Below are positions 47,352 through 58,633 of a DNA stretch of 64,000 nucleotides, one piece after another (position 1 is the first letter of the stretch; every line of letters begins with the position of its first letter). The translations under genes were made by a program, and so were the position numbers. Below the pieces are notes generated by a model. The model had not been told where the DNA came from, made no database searches, and saw only the letters and a list, made by a program, of their open reading frames with translations. This stretch comes from Neoconidiobolus thromboides FSU 785 (Eukaryota; Fungi; Entomophthoromycota): contig MU626260.1 in NCBI GenBank assembly GCA_025603075.1, positions 186,001 to 250,000 of the forward strand, read 5' to 3'.

Positions 47352-48190
47352 ATGAAAGATACAATAAGTAGAAGTGAAAGTCAATTTGATTTAAAACAAC
47401 AAAATCAAAATAAATTACGTAAGGTTCAATCTTTAGATAATTTAACATCAAATTTACAAGTAGGTGGTATTCAATTTAACTCTTTACCCTTAGAAAGTTT
47501 TTTTAAAAGGTAAATTAATATTATATAATAAATAATAAATAATAAATAATAAATAATAAATCATATTGACTATTAATTATTAATTATTATTTGTTATTTA
47601 ATATAGTAATATAGTAATATACTAATATAATATTTAAATTGTTTAGTTATAAGTTAGACAATATGGATTTAAATTTAGAAAAAGATATTAAATATATTAA
47701 CAGTATACCATTAATTGAGGGTATGGATGATAGTCCAATAATTTATGATCCCAAAGATAATAGTAAAATTTATTATATAAGTCAATGGAATTTAATACAA
47801 TTATTATGTACTCAATTTCAAAACAAATTATTAAGGAATTTTTTTTTAATTTATAATAACTTCATAACTAAACAACAATTGTTATTAATTTTATTAAATA
47901 AATTGTATTTAAGTTTAAAAGGTCAAAATAAAATACCTTTAGAGAAGGTCATAAAGATAAGGATATACGTTATTTTAAAATATTGGATTAAGACTAATTT
48001 CAAAAGGGATTTTTTATTAGATTTACCATTTTTATTTCAATTTTATTCATTGTTAAAATATTCCTGTTTGGAATTTCTTAATAATTTAATATTAAATCAT
48101 TTAATGGATTTATTAAATCATCAATTTGTTAAATATTTTAATAGTAATATTATTCATCATAATAATAATAATAGTATAATAAATAATAAC

Positions 48191-48221
<31 letters not shown>

Positions 48222-49186
48222 GTGGCATATTAAATAAGAACAAAATCAATAATAGTAATAATAATAGTTATAATTATAATAATAAAATTAACAATAATAA
48301 AATCAATAACAATAAAATCAACAATAATAATAACACTTATAATTACAATAATTCTCATATGAATTTACGAAGTAATAGTATACGAGATAGTAAACACACA
48401 ATTGATCATAGTAAATACAATTTATATAACAATTTAACAATAAACCAATATAATAATTTAATAATAAATAATAATGGAATGAATTTTAATAAAATAAGGA
48501 ATAAATTAATACCAACTAGTTTAATACCAGCTAAATTTTTAACATTAAAAAATAAGCCCATGTCATTTAAAACTAATAATCAAAAACATGTATTAAGTTT
48601 ACAATACAACTTATCATTACCTAATTTGAATATTAAAAATAAAATATTAAATCATCATCAATTAAGTCAAAATTATATTAATCCCTTTCTTTTACATTAT
48701 ACAACTGAAGAAATCATTCAACAATTCACATTAATGGACAAAAGAGAATTAAATCTAATGGACCCAAATGAATTAATTTGTTATAATAATAATGGGAATT
48801 CTAGTAAGAATGAAGATGAAAGTAAATTATTAAATAATATAATCAAAAGATTTAACAAAATTAATGAGTGGATTCAGACTATAATAGTATGTCAAAAAGA
48901 AATGGAAAAAAGAATTAAAATTATTGAAAAATGTATATTATTATCAGAATTAGCTTTTAATAAGAATCAATTTAATTTGTTTTTAGCTGTTATATTAGCA
49001 CTACAGTCAAATGTCATTTTAAAGAAGGATTTAAAAAAAATATCAAAAAAAATAATACAAAAATTTAATGAGCTTAAAAAGTATTCAGATCCTAGTAAAA
49101 ATTGGAAATTTCTAAGAGAAAAGATTCATTTATGTTTATTAAATGCCAATAAAATTATACCACAAACAATAACAACAGGATCATCA

Positions 49187-49256
<70 letters not shown>

Positions 49257-49606
49257 GTTATAATAATAGTAATTATAATAATAACTCTAATAATAATAAT
49301 ACATCTTTAATACAACAAACAAATGGGATAATACCATTTATAGGTTTGTATTTATCAGATTTAATATTATCTTTAGAAAATATGGAACATTCTCATTATA
49401 TTGATGCCAATAATAAATCCTTTAATTTAATTAATTTTAAGAGATATCATACTTTGATTAATATAATTAATCAATTGGATCAAATTATTAATTTAAATTT
49501 AAACTCTTATTTATTTCAACCTCATCCTATCTTATTTCCATTATGTTTAAATTTGCCTACTTTAAATCAAGAAAATTTAGTATTTTTAGCTAACAATTGT
49601 GAATAA
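47352..49606 (+). CDS. Ras-family GEF (REM + CDC25 domains) with poly-Asn insertions; probable 5' exon 47352-47509
   Basis: FFLIYNNFITKQQLL..IRIYVILKYWIKTNF (REM); IIQQFTLMD, RFNKINEWIQTII, NQFNLFLAVILALQS, DPSKNWKFLR, IPFIGLYLSDL, INFKRY (CDC25). Confidence 0.85.
49187..49255 (+). repeat. (AAT)n microsatellite, about 23 units, encoding poly-Asn in the RasGEF
   Basis: Direct reading. Confidence 0.9.
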
Positions 49607-49607
49607 A

Positions 49608-49745
49608 ATTATATTATTATTTATATTATTATTATTTATATTATTATTATTTATATTATTTATATTATTTATATTATTATTATTTATAATTATTATTATT
49701 TATAATTATTATTATTTATAATTATTATTATTTATATTATTTATT
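49608..49745. repeat. Imperfect A/T-only tandem repeat (about TTATATTATTATT units) between convergent RasGEF and BRR2 stops
   Basis: Direct reading; no G or C over the tract. Confidence 0.75.
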
Positions 49746-49775
49746 TAATTTTTGCTTTTATTTTATAAAAAAATT

Positions 49776-52700
49776 TTATTCCATATCACTATCTTCTTCT
49801 TCTTCATCATCTTCTTCATCATCATTACCTTGTAATAAATTGACTTTTAATTCAAAGAATTGATCAGAACCAATATAACAATCTGGAATGAGATATAATT
49901 CCAATTCACGTTTACCAATAGGAGGAGGAATAAGTACATTAAGAATAAGTTTTAATTGATTTCCCATAGTAAATCTTTTAATCCCTAATAATTGTTTATA
50001 TTTAGGATCTCCTAAAACAAGCCAATAAGCTTCATCTTTTTTCATTGGAAAATAATTCGCTATAACTGAAGTATCATTTACTTCTTCTTCTCTTTCTAAT
50101 AACACTTGTAATTTACTATATTCATTACTAATCATTTCATCGGGTGATGTAATGAATTGATATTCTACTTTAATTGATGGATATTTATTACAAAATAAAG
50201 CTACTTTATTAATTTGTGATGTTGTTAATCCCTTTAATATTTCTTCTCTTTCATTATCCATTTCCATTAAATCAAATACAGTTTCTACTTGTAATTTTTT
50301 AGCTAATTCAATACGTTCATTATTAAAATAAGGTATTTGTTTTAAAGCAGAATCTCTATCCCATTGAGCTTGTACTGACATTTGTGCCAATTCCATAGCA
50401 GCTAAAGCTGGATTTAACCAACCTGAAGAAGAAGTAACATCTACAGTAGCTTGTAATAAAGGTATAATTTTACGAAGTATACTAATTTGATCACTAGTCA
50501 TATCTGGTGGTAATTGAGTTCGACAAAAATGAGCTTGTAATAATAAATGAACTTTGGTACTAATTTTACGCATATCAGGATTAATTAATTTGACTGGTAA
50601 TTGAGTATATAATTTAGATAATACAATATTCTCTTGATGACGCATTGGTATATCAGAAAATTCACTAGCTGCTGAAATAATTTCAAGTAAACCTTTAAGT
50701 TTAGTATCTGCTGTTAAAGATCTTGATATAAGATCTAATGTATCATAACGTATATTATAATATCCAGCAATCATACCTAAATTTAATGGAGATACAATAA
50801 CTTCATCTTCTATAGTAATACATTGAGCTAAAGCTAATTCATCCATTGTTTTTTCAACTAATTCCGTAAGATGATCAGATAAATGTTGTTGAGAAATCCC
50901 TTCTAAACCATAATAATTTGGATTCTTAATTAATCTTCTATATAAGAAAGTCCAAGTTAAAAAATCAACTGCATCTTGTTTATTTTCAATAGATTTAGTT
51001 ACAATTTCAGAATTAAAATGATCATGTAACATATGATCTAAATGGGATTCAATTGGTAATCCTTCATTAATAAATTTTTTAAAATATTCTTTTTTATTTG
51101 GTTGACACATTAATACTACTCTTCCAGATATACCACTAAATGGTTTTGCTGCTCTACCAATCATTTTTAACATATCCGTTAATGGATAATCTATATATCG
51201 ATGTTCTTTACCTTCATAATATTGAGCTCCCATAATAACAACTAATTGACTTAACATATTTCCCATACTCCAACAAGAATCTTTAGATGCTACTAATACT
51301 CGAATTGCTTTAACTTCAAATAATTTTTTAATTATAATTAAATCATTTTTAGATAAAGCTTCATGATAATAACCAATTCCTGAAGTTAATAATTGTGCTA
51401 ATGATTGATCTTCAATTTTTTCAATAGCTGATTGAATCTCTTCTTTACTACAACCTAAAAATCCATAATTATCTTTAGATGCTCCTTGTAATGCAGCTAA
51501 TTCACCAGCAGTAAGTCGACATTGACGACGAGAAGAAACAAATACAATAGTAGTATCTTTTTCTGCATATTTTTTAGCTGCTAAATAAGTAGGTCTTGCC
51601 ATTGCTAACATTCTAGATGGATAATGAGAAATAGAATAACTTTGTATATGAATATCAATTTGAACTGGTCGATCAGATGGATGAAAACTAAATACAGCAC
51701 TAGTAGGTGCACCAATCCAAACAGCTATATCAAATGCATTAGCTAATGGAGCTGATAATCCAACAAATCTTGTTTTATATTTAGTTTGTGATGCAATATA
51801 TCTCATTCTAGATACAATAACTTCATAAGTTGGTCCATTAGAACTACCAACCATATGAAGATCATCCATTAAAAATAATCCAATTGTTTGTACATTTTTA
51901 CGTTGTTTCCAACGACGAGAGATAAGATCCCATTGAGTTGGTGTAGCTAATATTAAATCAGCTCCTTCAATTAATTTAAGATCAGCACTTGCTTCACCTG
52001 TTAATGAAACAACTGTTTTATTTAAATGATTGAATCGATTTTTCCAATAATTATATTTTTCATCAATAACATCTTGATTTGAAGCAATATAAACAACTCG
52101 ATTAATAGGTTGTTCTTTAGTAACAGATTTTGACCAAAGTCTAAGCATAGCAAATTCACCACAAATTGTTTTTCCACTACCAGAAGGTGCTCCTACAAAT
52201 GCATTATCATCCGTTGTATATAAAACATGATTGGTTTGAGTTTGAATTGGATTGAAATATTTAATCCATTCATTATATAAATGTTGATGAGATTCTTTAA
52301 GACTACCAACTGGAAGTGGTTCATAATCATATAATTCAGTATGTGGTGGATATTTATCTGGTAATATTAAATGTCTGAAAGAAACAGCTTGTCTTGCTTC
52401 TGAATGTAACCATCTATCAGATATTACAGATACAAAATAATTAGGTGGTAATGGATCATAAAGTGGTACAGTAAATGATAAATAATGAGGATCTTGTGAA
52501 TATTGTTCTTTTAATACAAAACTTTCATTATATAATATAGTTGTACCATCACAATCTTCAACAATTACCCAAAATTGTTGAGCTGAACCATGATGATTAT
52601 TATCCCAAATAAAATCAGGTATAATTGTTAAATCAAACATTAATAAGGAACGAGTAATTGGTTGAACATGACATTCCAATTTAAGTTTAGGAAACATATG

Positions 52701-55700
52701 TACATAATTATGAATATATTTACCAGCTCTTGGTACACCAACTAATTGTCCAAGTTGAGCTGCATCTAAGTCAAAATATCTTTCCCATGGAAAATCTTTT
52801 CTTTCAATTTTACGAATTAAATCTGGTGTTAATGTATAAAATTGTCTTAATGGACTCATAGATAACCAACAACGATGGTCAACAATTTTACATAAATCAA
52901 GTGCTAATCTAGATAATTGAGCCCATCCTCGACGTAAACACATTTCAAATATAGCTCGAAGGATACGACTAGCTGATTGTGTAATATAAACCATATCTGA
53001 CATTAAAGCAAATCCTTCTAAATTCAATTGAGAAATATAAGCTTGTAATAAAACACTAACTTTAGCTGCTGGTTCATCAGCATTTTCTTTGATTGGAATT
53101 GGTACTCTCTCTAAAAGTCGTGCTACTTCTAGTTTTTCTTCTTCACGTACTGGAATTAATTTAAATTCTTCTGAAAGTGCAAATGCTCTAAATAATTCAA
53201 TATAATTCATATATGGTTTAAGATGTTGATTATAAGTAGCCATGGATTTATGAGTGATATAATAATGAGATGCAATACGTCCTAATTCAGTACCTTGTAA
53301 TTTACCACTACGGCGATCATATTTAATTAATTGACAACTATCTAAAATATTAGCAGCTGAATGAATTAAATCAACTCTTTTTTGTCTAAGATATGGATCT
53401 TCTTCTTGTTCATGGTTAGCTATCCCATAAAGTGATCCATTTCTAAGCATTCTTACATAAAGATAAGTATATCCTAACCAATGTACAGCTTCTTCACGAG
53501 TACGTACAGTGCCCAATACAATTTCAGCATTAAGGTTATCAGCCAACTTAGAAATAAATTGAGATTCAATTGGTAATTGAGCATTCAATAAAGAAAGATA
53601 ATATTGAATTTCATTATGTGTAGTAATAATGATACCTTCACCAAAGGTATCATACTGAGGACGACCAGCACGACCAAGCATTTGAAGTACATCTTGTGGA
53701 CTTAATTCAGCCCATCTACCTTTCTCTGGATTATAAATTTGAGTACCTTTAATAATAACCGTATGCGCTGGTAAATTCACACCCCAAGCTAAAGTAGCAG
53801 TAGAACACAATACTTGAATATGACCATCTCTAAATAAATCTTCAACCAAGGTACGATCTGCTTTTGTCATACCAGCATGATGGATAGCAAAACCACAGGG
53901 AAGTAAATCCTTTAATGTTGGATCATTAATCTCCTCTGCTTTTCTATTGAGAATTTCTTTGCTTGATTCATTAGGTATAAATTCAGCTAAAGTACCAGCA
54001 TCTAAAGCCATATCACGAAGTGATTGGGCAGTTCTAGCAGTTTCTTTACGAGAATGTACAAAAATTAAACTTTGATTTTGACCTGCTTGTTCTAATATCT
54101 TTTTATAAGCTACTTCATTCATTGTTTGAAATCGTTTAATTGCTTTCTTTTCAGTGATACCAATAAATTGTTGTTTTAATGGACATGGACGATAAGAAGA
54201 ATCAAAAAAAAATAAATTTTCTTTTTTAACTCTTAAAAAGGTAGCAACATCTTCATAGTTTGGTAAAGTAGCTGAAAGTCCTACCAAACGTACTCGTTCT
54301 TGATTTTCTTCACTATATCTTAAAGTACGGGCTACTAAAGATTCTAATACTGGACCACGATCATCATGTAAAAGATGAATTTCATCAATAATAATAAGAC
54401 GTACTAAATTGGTATACGAACGATCTGTTGCTTTACGTGTAATAACATCCCATTTTTCTGGTGTAGTGACAATAATTTGAGTCTCGGCAATTTGTGTTTT
54501 AGTTAATTGAGTATCACCAGTAAGTTCAGCAACTTTAATATTTAAATATTCCAATCTTTTTGAAAATCCAGTCACCATTTCTTGTACTAAAGCTTTCATA
54601 GGGGCAATATAAACAATTTTAAAATTATCTAGATTGACGGAATTGGTTTCAAAGTTATAATTCTCTTGAATTTCTCTTAAAATAGTTAACATGGCACAAT
54701 TAGTTTTACCTGCACCAGTGGGGGCACATAAAAGCATATTTTCGAGCTTTTCAAAAGCACAAGGGAATACACGACTTTGAACACGATTAAGGGAATTGGT
54801 AGTACCAAAACTGGTTTGTGACCATTTAGGGAGATCAGATATAGGAACAAGGCGTTCATTACTTCCTAATGGTCTACTTTCTGGCGCTGGAACACTATAC
54901 TCTTCATACCCTTTATGAGTTGTTTTTGTCGAACCAGCTGGAAGCAAACATTTTTTATTAGACATTAAATGACCTCCTTGATTAAAAGCAAGCATATCTA
55001 GATCTATTTTTTGTTTTGGTGCCAAGTTGTCATTTTGAGACTCTACGTTTTCTCGATCTGCATTACCATTGGCTCCTCGATTTTCTAAATCACCTAAACC
55101 CTTCTTATTGGAACGGTCAGACTCAAGTGATTTTAAGATATGGTCTAATCCTTTTTCGGTCATCTCTGCTTCCAATTCTTTACGTTCTTGAGTGTCCTCG
55201 CCAGCTTCTTTAAGCCTTAAAGTCCAAATGATTACATCCCTGTTTTTTACAAGCATATTGACTAAGTTGTAATGATCAAACTCTGTAACAGCCATTAAGT
55301 CGTTTTCATACTCACGATGTGAAGCTTCCTTATTCAAAATTTCCATCATTTCTTCTGTTTTTTGGGAAGCCATATACTCATCTGAGTAATATTTCTTCAC
55401 CAAACGTAAAACCCAATGTCTATCTATATCATATGGTTGTATTGACTCAAATTCGTGCTCTTTTTTACTTTTTTTACTCTCTATTTTTTCCTCAACTTCA
55501 ACTGATTCAATAGCTTCTTGAGCTATATCATTGGCCAACTTTATATCCATTGGGACATCATATTCTCCTTCTTCTTCATCCTCTTCTTCATCAATCTCCA
55601 TATCGTCTTCCTCGTCTTCATTGAAAACTACGGCTACACCGATCTCACCATCAATATTATCATCTTTTTCTTCTTCTGCGCCTTCGGCTTTATAATCGTT

Positions 55701-56246
55701 TAATTTTTTACTTAAGCTTAATAGTTGGGTAAACACCTCATCATTGATGTTTGGGATCAACCCTTTTATTTGAGTTTGCTTGTCATTATCTTTTAAGTTA
55801 TCATTCTTTAGCGTTTCAAGCACAAAATCGGTAGCACTTCTCAATTCATCGGGGGATAAATCACCGAGTTGTCTTTGAACCAAAGACAACATCATCTCAT
55901 AAATGGATTGTGTTTCCTTTGTTTTTGGACGATAGATAATGTCTTCCAAATCATCAGTAGCAGCCAGAACGGAATTATAGCCATAAGCTTTCTTTAAAGC
56001 TGCTTCTTCACGGCGACGTTTTTTCTTTTCTTGTACAGCATCAGAAGAACGATGCCTTTCTTTTTCTTGTGCATTCACTTTTTCACGTAATGCTTTGGAA
56101 CCAAACTCCTTTGGATCTATCTTACCATATAAGGTCTCTGGGTCCCCACTAGGTTCATCTTTTCCTCCACGACGACGATTTTCAATTACCAGGTTCGAGT
56201 TACCTGTGTATTGATATTGACTGTTTTTTGCTATTTCTTCAGCCAT
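49776..56246 (-). CDS. BRR2: U5 snRNP 200-kDa helicase Brr2 (two Ski2-like/Sec63 cassettes), intronless, 2156 aa
   Basis: YRPKTKETQ; LDMLAFNQGGHLMSNKKC; CAPTGAGKTN; DEIHLLHDDRGPVLE; QMLGRAGRPQYD; second cassette GAPSGSGKT. Confidence 0.97.
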   Translation of the reverse strand: MAEEIAKNSQYQYTGNSNLVIENRRRGGKDEPSGDPETLYGKIDPKEFGSKALREKVNAQEKERHRSSDAVQEKKKRRREEAALKKAYGYNSVLAATDDLEDIIYRPKTKETQSIYEMMLSLVQRQLGDLSPDELRSATDFVLETLKNDNLKDNDKQTQIKGLIPNINDEVFTQLLSLSKKLNDYKAEGAEEEKDDNIDGEIGVAVVFNEDEEDDMEIDEEEDEEEGEYDVPMDIKLANDIAQEAIESVEVEEKIESKKSKKEHEFESIQPYDIDRHWVLRLVKKYYSDEYMASQKTEEMMEILNKEASHREYENDLMAVTEFDHYNLVNMLVKNRDVIIWTLRLKEAGEDTQERKELEAEMTEKGLDHILKSLESDRSNKKGLGDLENRGANGNADRENVESQNDNLAPKQKIDLDMLAFNQGGHLMSNKKCLLPAGSTKTTHKGYEEYSVPAPESRPLGSNERLVPISDLPKWSQTSFGTTNSLNRVQSRVFPCAFEKLENMLLCAPTGAGKTNCAMLTILREIQENYNFETNSVNLDNFKIVYIAPMKALVQEMVTGFSKRLEYLNIKVAELTGDTQLTKTQIAETQIIVTTPEKWDVITRKATDRSYTNLVRLIIIDEIHLLHDDRGPVLESLVARTLRYSEENQERVRLVGLSATLPNYEDVATFLRVKKENLFFFDSSYRPCPLKQQFIGITEKKAIKRFQTMNEVAYKKILEQAGQNQSLIFVHSRKETARTAQSLRDMALDAGTLAEFIPNESSKEILNRKAEEINDPTLKDLLPCGFAIHHAGMTKADRTLVEDLFRDGHIQVLCSTATLAWGVNLPAHTVIIKGTQIYNPEKGRWAELSPQDVLQMLGRAGRPQYDTFGEGIIITTHNEIQYYLSLLNAQLPIESQFISKLADNLNAEIVLGTVRTREEAVHWLGYTYLYVRMLRNGSLYGIANHEQEEDPYLRQKRVDLIHSAANILDSCQLIKYDRRSGKLQGTELGRIASHYYITHKSMATYNQHLKPYMNYIELFRAFALSEEFKLIPVREEEKLEVARLLERVPIPIKENADEPAAKVSVLLQAYISQLNLEGFALMSDMVYITQSASRILRAIFEMCLRRGWAQLSRLALDLCKIVDHRCWLSMSPLRQFYTLTPDLIRKIERKDFPWERYFDLDAAQLGQLVGVPRAGKYIHNYVHMFPKLKLECHVQPITRSLLMFDLTIIPDFIWDNNHHGSAQQFWVIVEDCDGTTILYNESFVLKEQYSQDPHYLSFTVPLYDPLPPNYFVSVISDRWLHSEARQAVSFRHLILPDKYPPHTELYDYEPLPVGSLKESHQHLYNEWIKYFNPIQTQTNHVLYTTDDNAFVGAPSGSGKTICGEFAMLRLWSKSVTKEQPINRVVYIASNQDVIDEKYNYWKNRFNHLNKTVVSLTGEASADLKLIEGADLILATPTQWDLISRRWKQRKNVQTIGLFLMDDLHMVGSSNGPTYEVIVSRMRYIASQTKYKTRFVGLSAPLANAFDIAVWIGAPTSAVFSFHPSDRPVQIDIHIQSYSISHYPSRMLAMARPTYLAAKKYAEKDTTIVFVSSRRQCRLTAGELAALQGASKDNYGFLGCSKEEIQSAIEKIEDQSLAQLLTSGIGYYHEALSKNDLIIIKKLFEVKAIRVLVASKDSCWSMGNMLSQLVVIMGAQYYEGKEHRYIDYPLTDMLKMIGRAAKPFSGISGRVVLMCQPNKKEYFKKFINEGLPIESHLDHMLHDHFNSEIVTKSIENKQDAVDFLTWTFLYRRLIKNPNYYGLEGISQQHLSDHLTELVEKTMDELALAQCITIEDEVIVSPLNLGMIAGYYNIRYDTLDLISRSLTADTKLKGLLEIISAASEFSDIPMRHQENIVLSKLYTQLPVKLINPDMRKISTKVHLLLQAHFCRTQLPPDMTSDQISILRKIIPLLQATVDVTSSSGWLNPALAAMELAQMSVQAQWDRDSALKQIPYFNNERIELAKKLQVETVFDLMEMDNEREEILKGLTTSQINKVALFCNKYPSIKVEYQFITSPDEMISNEYSKLQVLLEREEEVNDTSVIANYFPMKKDEAYWLVLGDPKYKQLLGIKRFTMGNQLKLILNVLIPPPIGKRELELYLIPDCYIGSDQFFELKVNLLQGNDDEEDDEEEEDSDME

Positions 56247-56835
56247 GAGTAATTTGTTAAAAAATTAAAATGGGTTTTAATATGAATTTGTTAGTTAAGC
56301 CTATTGGTCAGCTTAGTTTTGCACAGTCTTTAAGTTAATTTAAGCAAAATTTCAATTGCAAAAAAGGGTTACTAAAAATCGGTCCCACCATTTTTTAGTC
56401 AAGCCCTTGCAAAAATTATAAAAAACAAATGGGCATATTTTTTTAAACTTTACTATTTTAGTATTAACAATATTTTTAATATAAAAAGATATGAGAATGT
56501 TTACTATTAAAGAAAGTAATTCATTTTGTTTTATTTGTTTCAGATCATTTCTCTTTTTCTTTTTTATAGTTTCAAAACAGCCCCAATATTTGAAAACAGC
56601 TTTGTAGTCTTATGTATTTTCCAAAATCAGCTGTTTATTTTAATAAAAAGGAGTATTAAAATCTTAGGTTTTGTTTATCAATTGTAAAGATAACAAGCAC
56701 CTAGAAAGCTATAAACTCAATCTATTCAACTTAATAAAATACTGTAATACATAAAAAATTAACTTTTAGCTTAGCTAATTAATTTTATATAAAAATAATA
56801 AAAGAGGCTATAATTTTTCAAGCAGTAAAATAACT

Positions 56836-58203
56836 TTAATAATCCTCATCATCAACGTGATCTTCACCTTCCCCTACAATCTCTTGATAATCTCTTTCAA
56901 GCATAGCAAGATCTTCTCTAGCTTCAGAAAATTCTCCTTCTTCCATACCTTCACCAACATACCAATGAACGAAGGCTCTCTTAGCATACATAAGATCAAA
57001 GTTTTGATCCAATCTTCTCCAAGCTTCAGCTACTGCTGTATTATTCGATAACAAACAAACAGATCTATTAGTTTTAGCTAAACTAGAACCTGGAACAATG
57101 GTAGGTATTTGATTGGAAATACCAATCTTAAATCCACAAGGAGTCCAGTCAACAAATTGTATAGTACTCTTTGTTTTTAAAATTGAAGTAACTTTAGTAA
57201 CATCATTCGGCGTTACGTCACCACGATATAATAGTGCACATGACATATATTTACCTTTTCTTGGGTCGCATTTTACAAATACATTATCTGGTTCAAAACA
57301 ACTGGTAGTTAAATCAGCTACTGAAAAAGTTTCATGGCTTGATTTAGCATTAGATATAATTGGCGCCATTGAAGTTAATGGGAAATGGATTCTTGGGAAA
57401 GGTACTAAATTGGTTTGAAATTCAGCTAAATCTACGTTCAATTGGCCACTGAATCTTAAAGAAGTAGTTACTGAGGATACTGCTTGAGCAATGATTTGAT
57501 TTAAATCTTTATAATCTGGACGCTCAATACCGAGTTTGCTTTTACATAATTCGAATACAGCTTGGTTATCAATCATAAAAGTACAATCGGTATGATCAAT
57601 GCTAGAATGAGTATGGAGTACTGAATTATAGGGTTCAACTACAGCAGAAGATAATTCGGGTGATGGATAAATTGAAAAATTTAATACTGATTTTTTAGTG
57701 TAATTGGTAGCAACATAATCTAATAATAAAGACCCAAATCCAGAACCAGTACCACCACCAAACGAGTTAAAAAATAAAAACCCTTGTAAAGACTCAGAAC
57801 GCTCACATAGTTTATTCAATCTGTCCAATACAGGCTCTAAGAACTCTTTACCGACGGTATAATGACCACGAGCATAATTGTTAGCGGCATCTTCTTTACC
57901 TGTGATTAATTGATCAGGATGAAATAAAGTTCTATATTCACCTTGACGTATCTCGTCAATTACTGAAGGTTCTAAATCGGCAAAAATAGCTCTAGGGACA
58001 TATTTTCCCTTGGACGTTTCATAAAAGAAAGTTTCAAAGGCATTACTATGTGCTTCCTTAGCTCCGTTCGAATCACTGTTTCCATTAGTATTGATTTTAT
58101 TACCTTCTTTATCTATTCCATGTTCTAGACAGTATAATTCCCAGCATGCGTTACCTATCTGTACTCCCGATTGCCCTAAATGGACTGAAATGATTTCTCT
58201 CAT
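56836..58203 (-). CDS. TUBA: Alpha-tubulin, divergent paralog, intronless
   Basis: [41 protein letters not shown], alpha-type S9-S10 insert ([10 protein letters not shown]), C-terminal [12 protein letters not shown]...DEDY. Confidence 0.93.
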   Translation of the reverse strand: MREIISVHLGQSGVQIGNACWELYCLEHGIDKEGNKINTNGNSDSNGAKEAHSNAFETFFYETSKGKYVPRAIFADLEPSVIDEIRQGEYRTLFHPDQLITGKEDAANNYARGHYTVGKEFLEPVLDRLNKLCERSESLQGFLFFNSFGGGTGSGFGSLLLDYVATNYTKKSVLNFSIYPSPELSSAVVEPYNSVLHTHSSIDHTDCTFMIDNQAVFELCKSKLGIERPDYKDLNQIIAQAVSSVTTSLRFSGQLNVDLAEFQTNLVPFPRIHFPLTSMAPIISNAKSSHETFSVADLTTSCFEPDNVFVKCDPRKGKYMSCALLYRGDVTPNDVTKVTSILKTKSTIQFVDWTPCGFKIGISNQIPTIVPGSSLAKTNRSVCLLSNNTAVAEAWRRLDQNFDLMYAKRAFVHWYVGEGMEEGEFSEAREDLAMLERDYQEIVGEGEDHVDDEDY

Positions 58204-58633
58204 TTGTAGCTTTGTTTAGAGTATTAAAAAGTAAAAAGGAATTTTTTAGTTTGTTGTTTTATTACGGAAGCTAAGGAGTTTGTAAGGTCATTTGATCTAA
58301 AGTTTTGATTTTTATTGGTTTTTTGGTTCGAACTTGGGATTAAGCGTCATCCAATTTATTATTCGTTCATTTTATTCTCGGCCTATTATAGTATATCCTT
58401 ATGTCTTGTTAGCAGTTAAGTGGATACTTAATGTATATATAGTATAAAACAATGGTTAGTTTATAGTTTATAAAAAACTAACAAAAGTAACATTTTCCAT
58501 CTTAATGTCATTAGTTCTATTTTTACTATCAAAAATAGATCCAACTTTAAAATCCAGAAAATAGTGTGAAATTTAAAAACTAAAACCAGGAACTTAACTT
58601 TTTTTCAAAACTTAGTTCAATTCAAAAAAAAAA

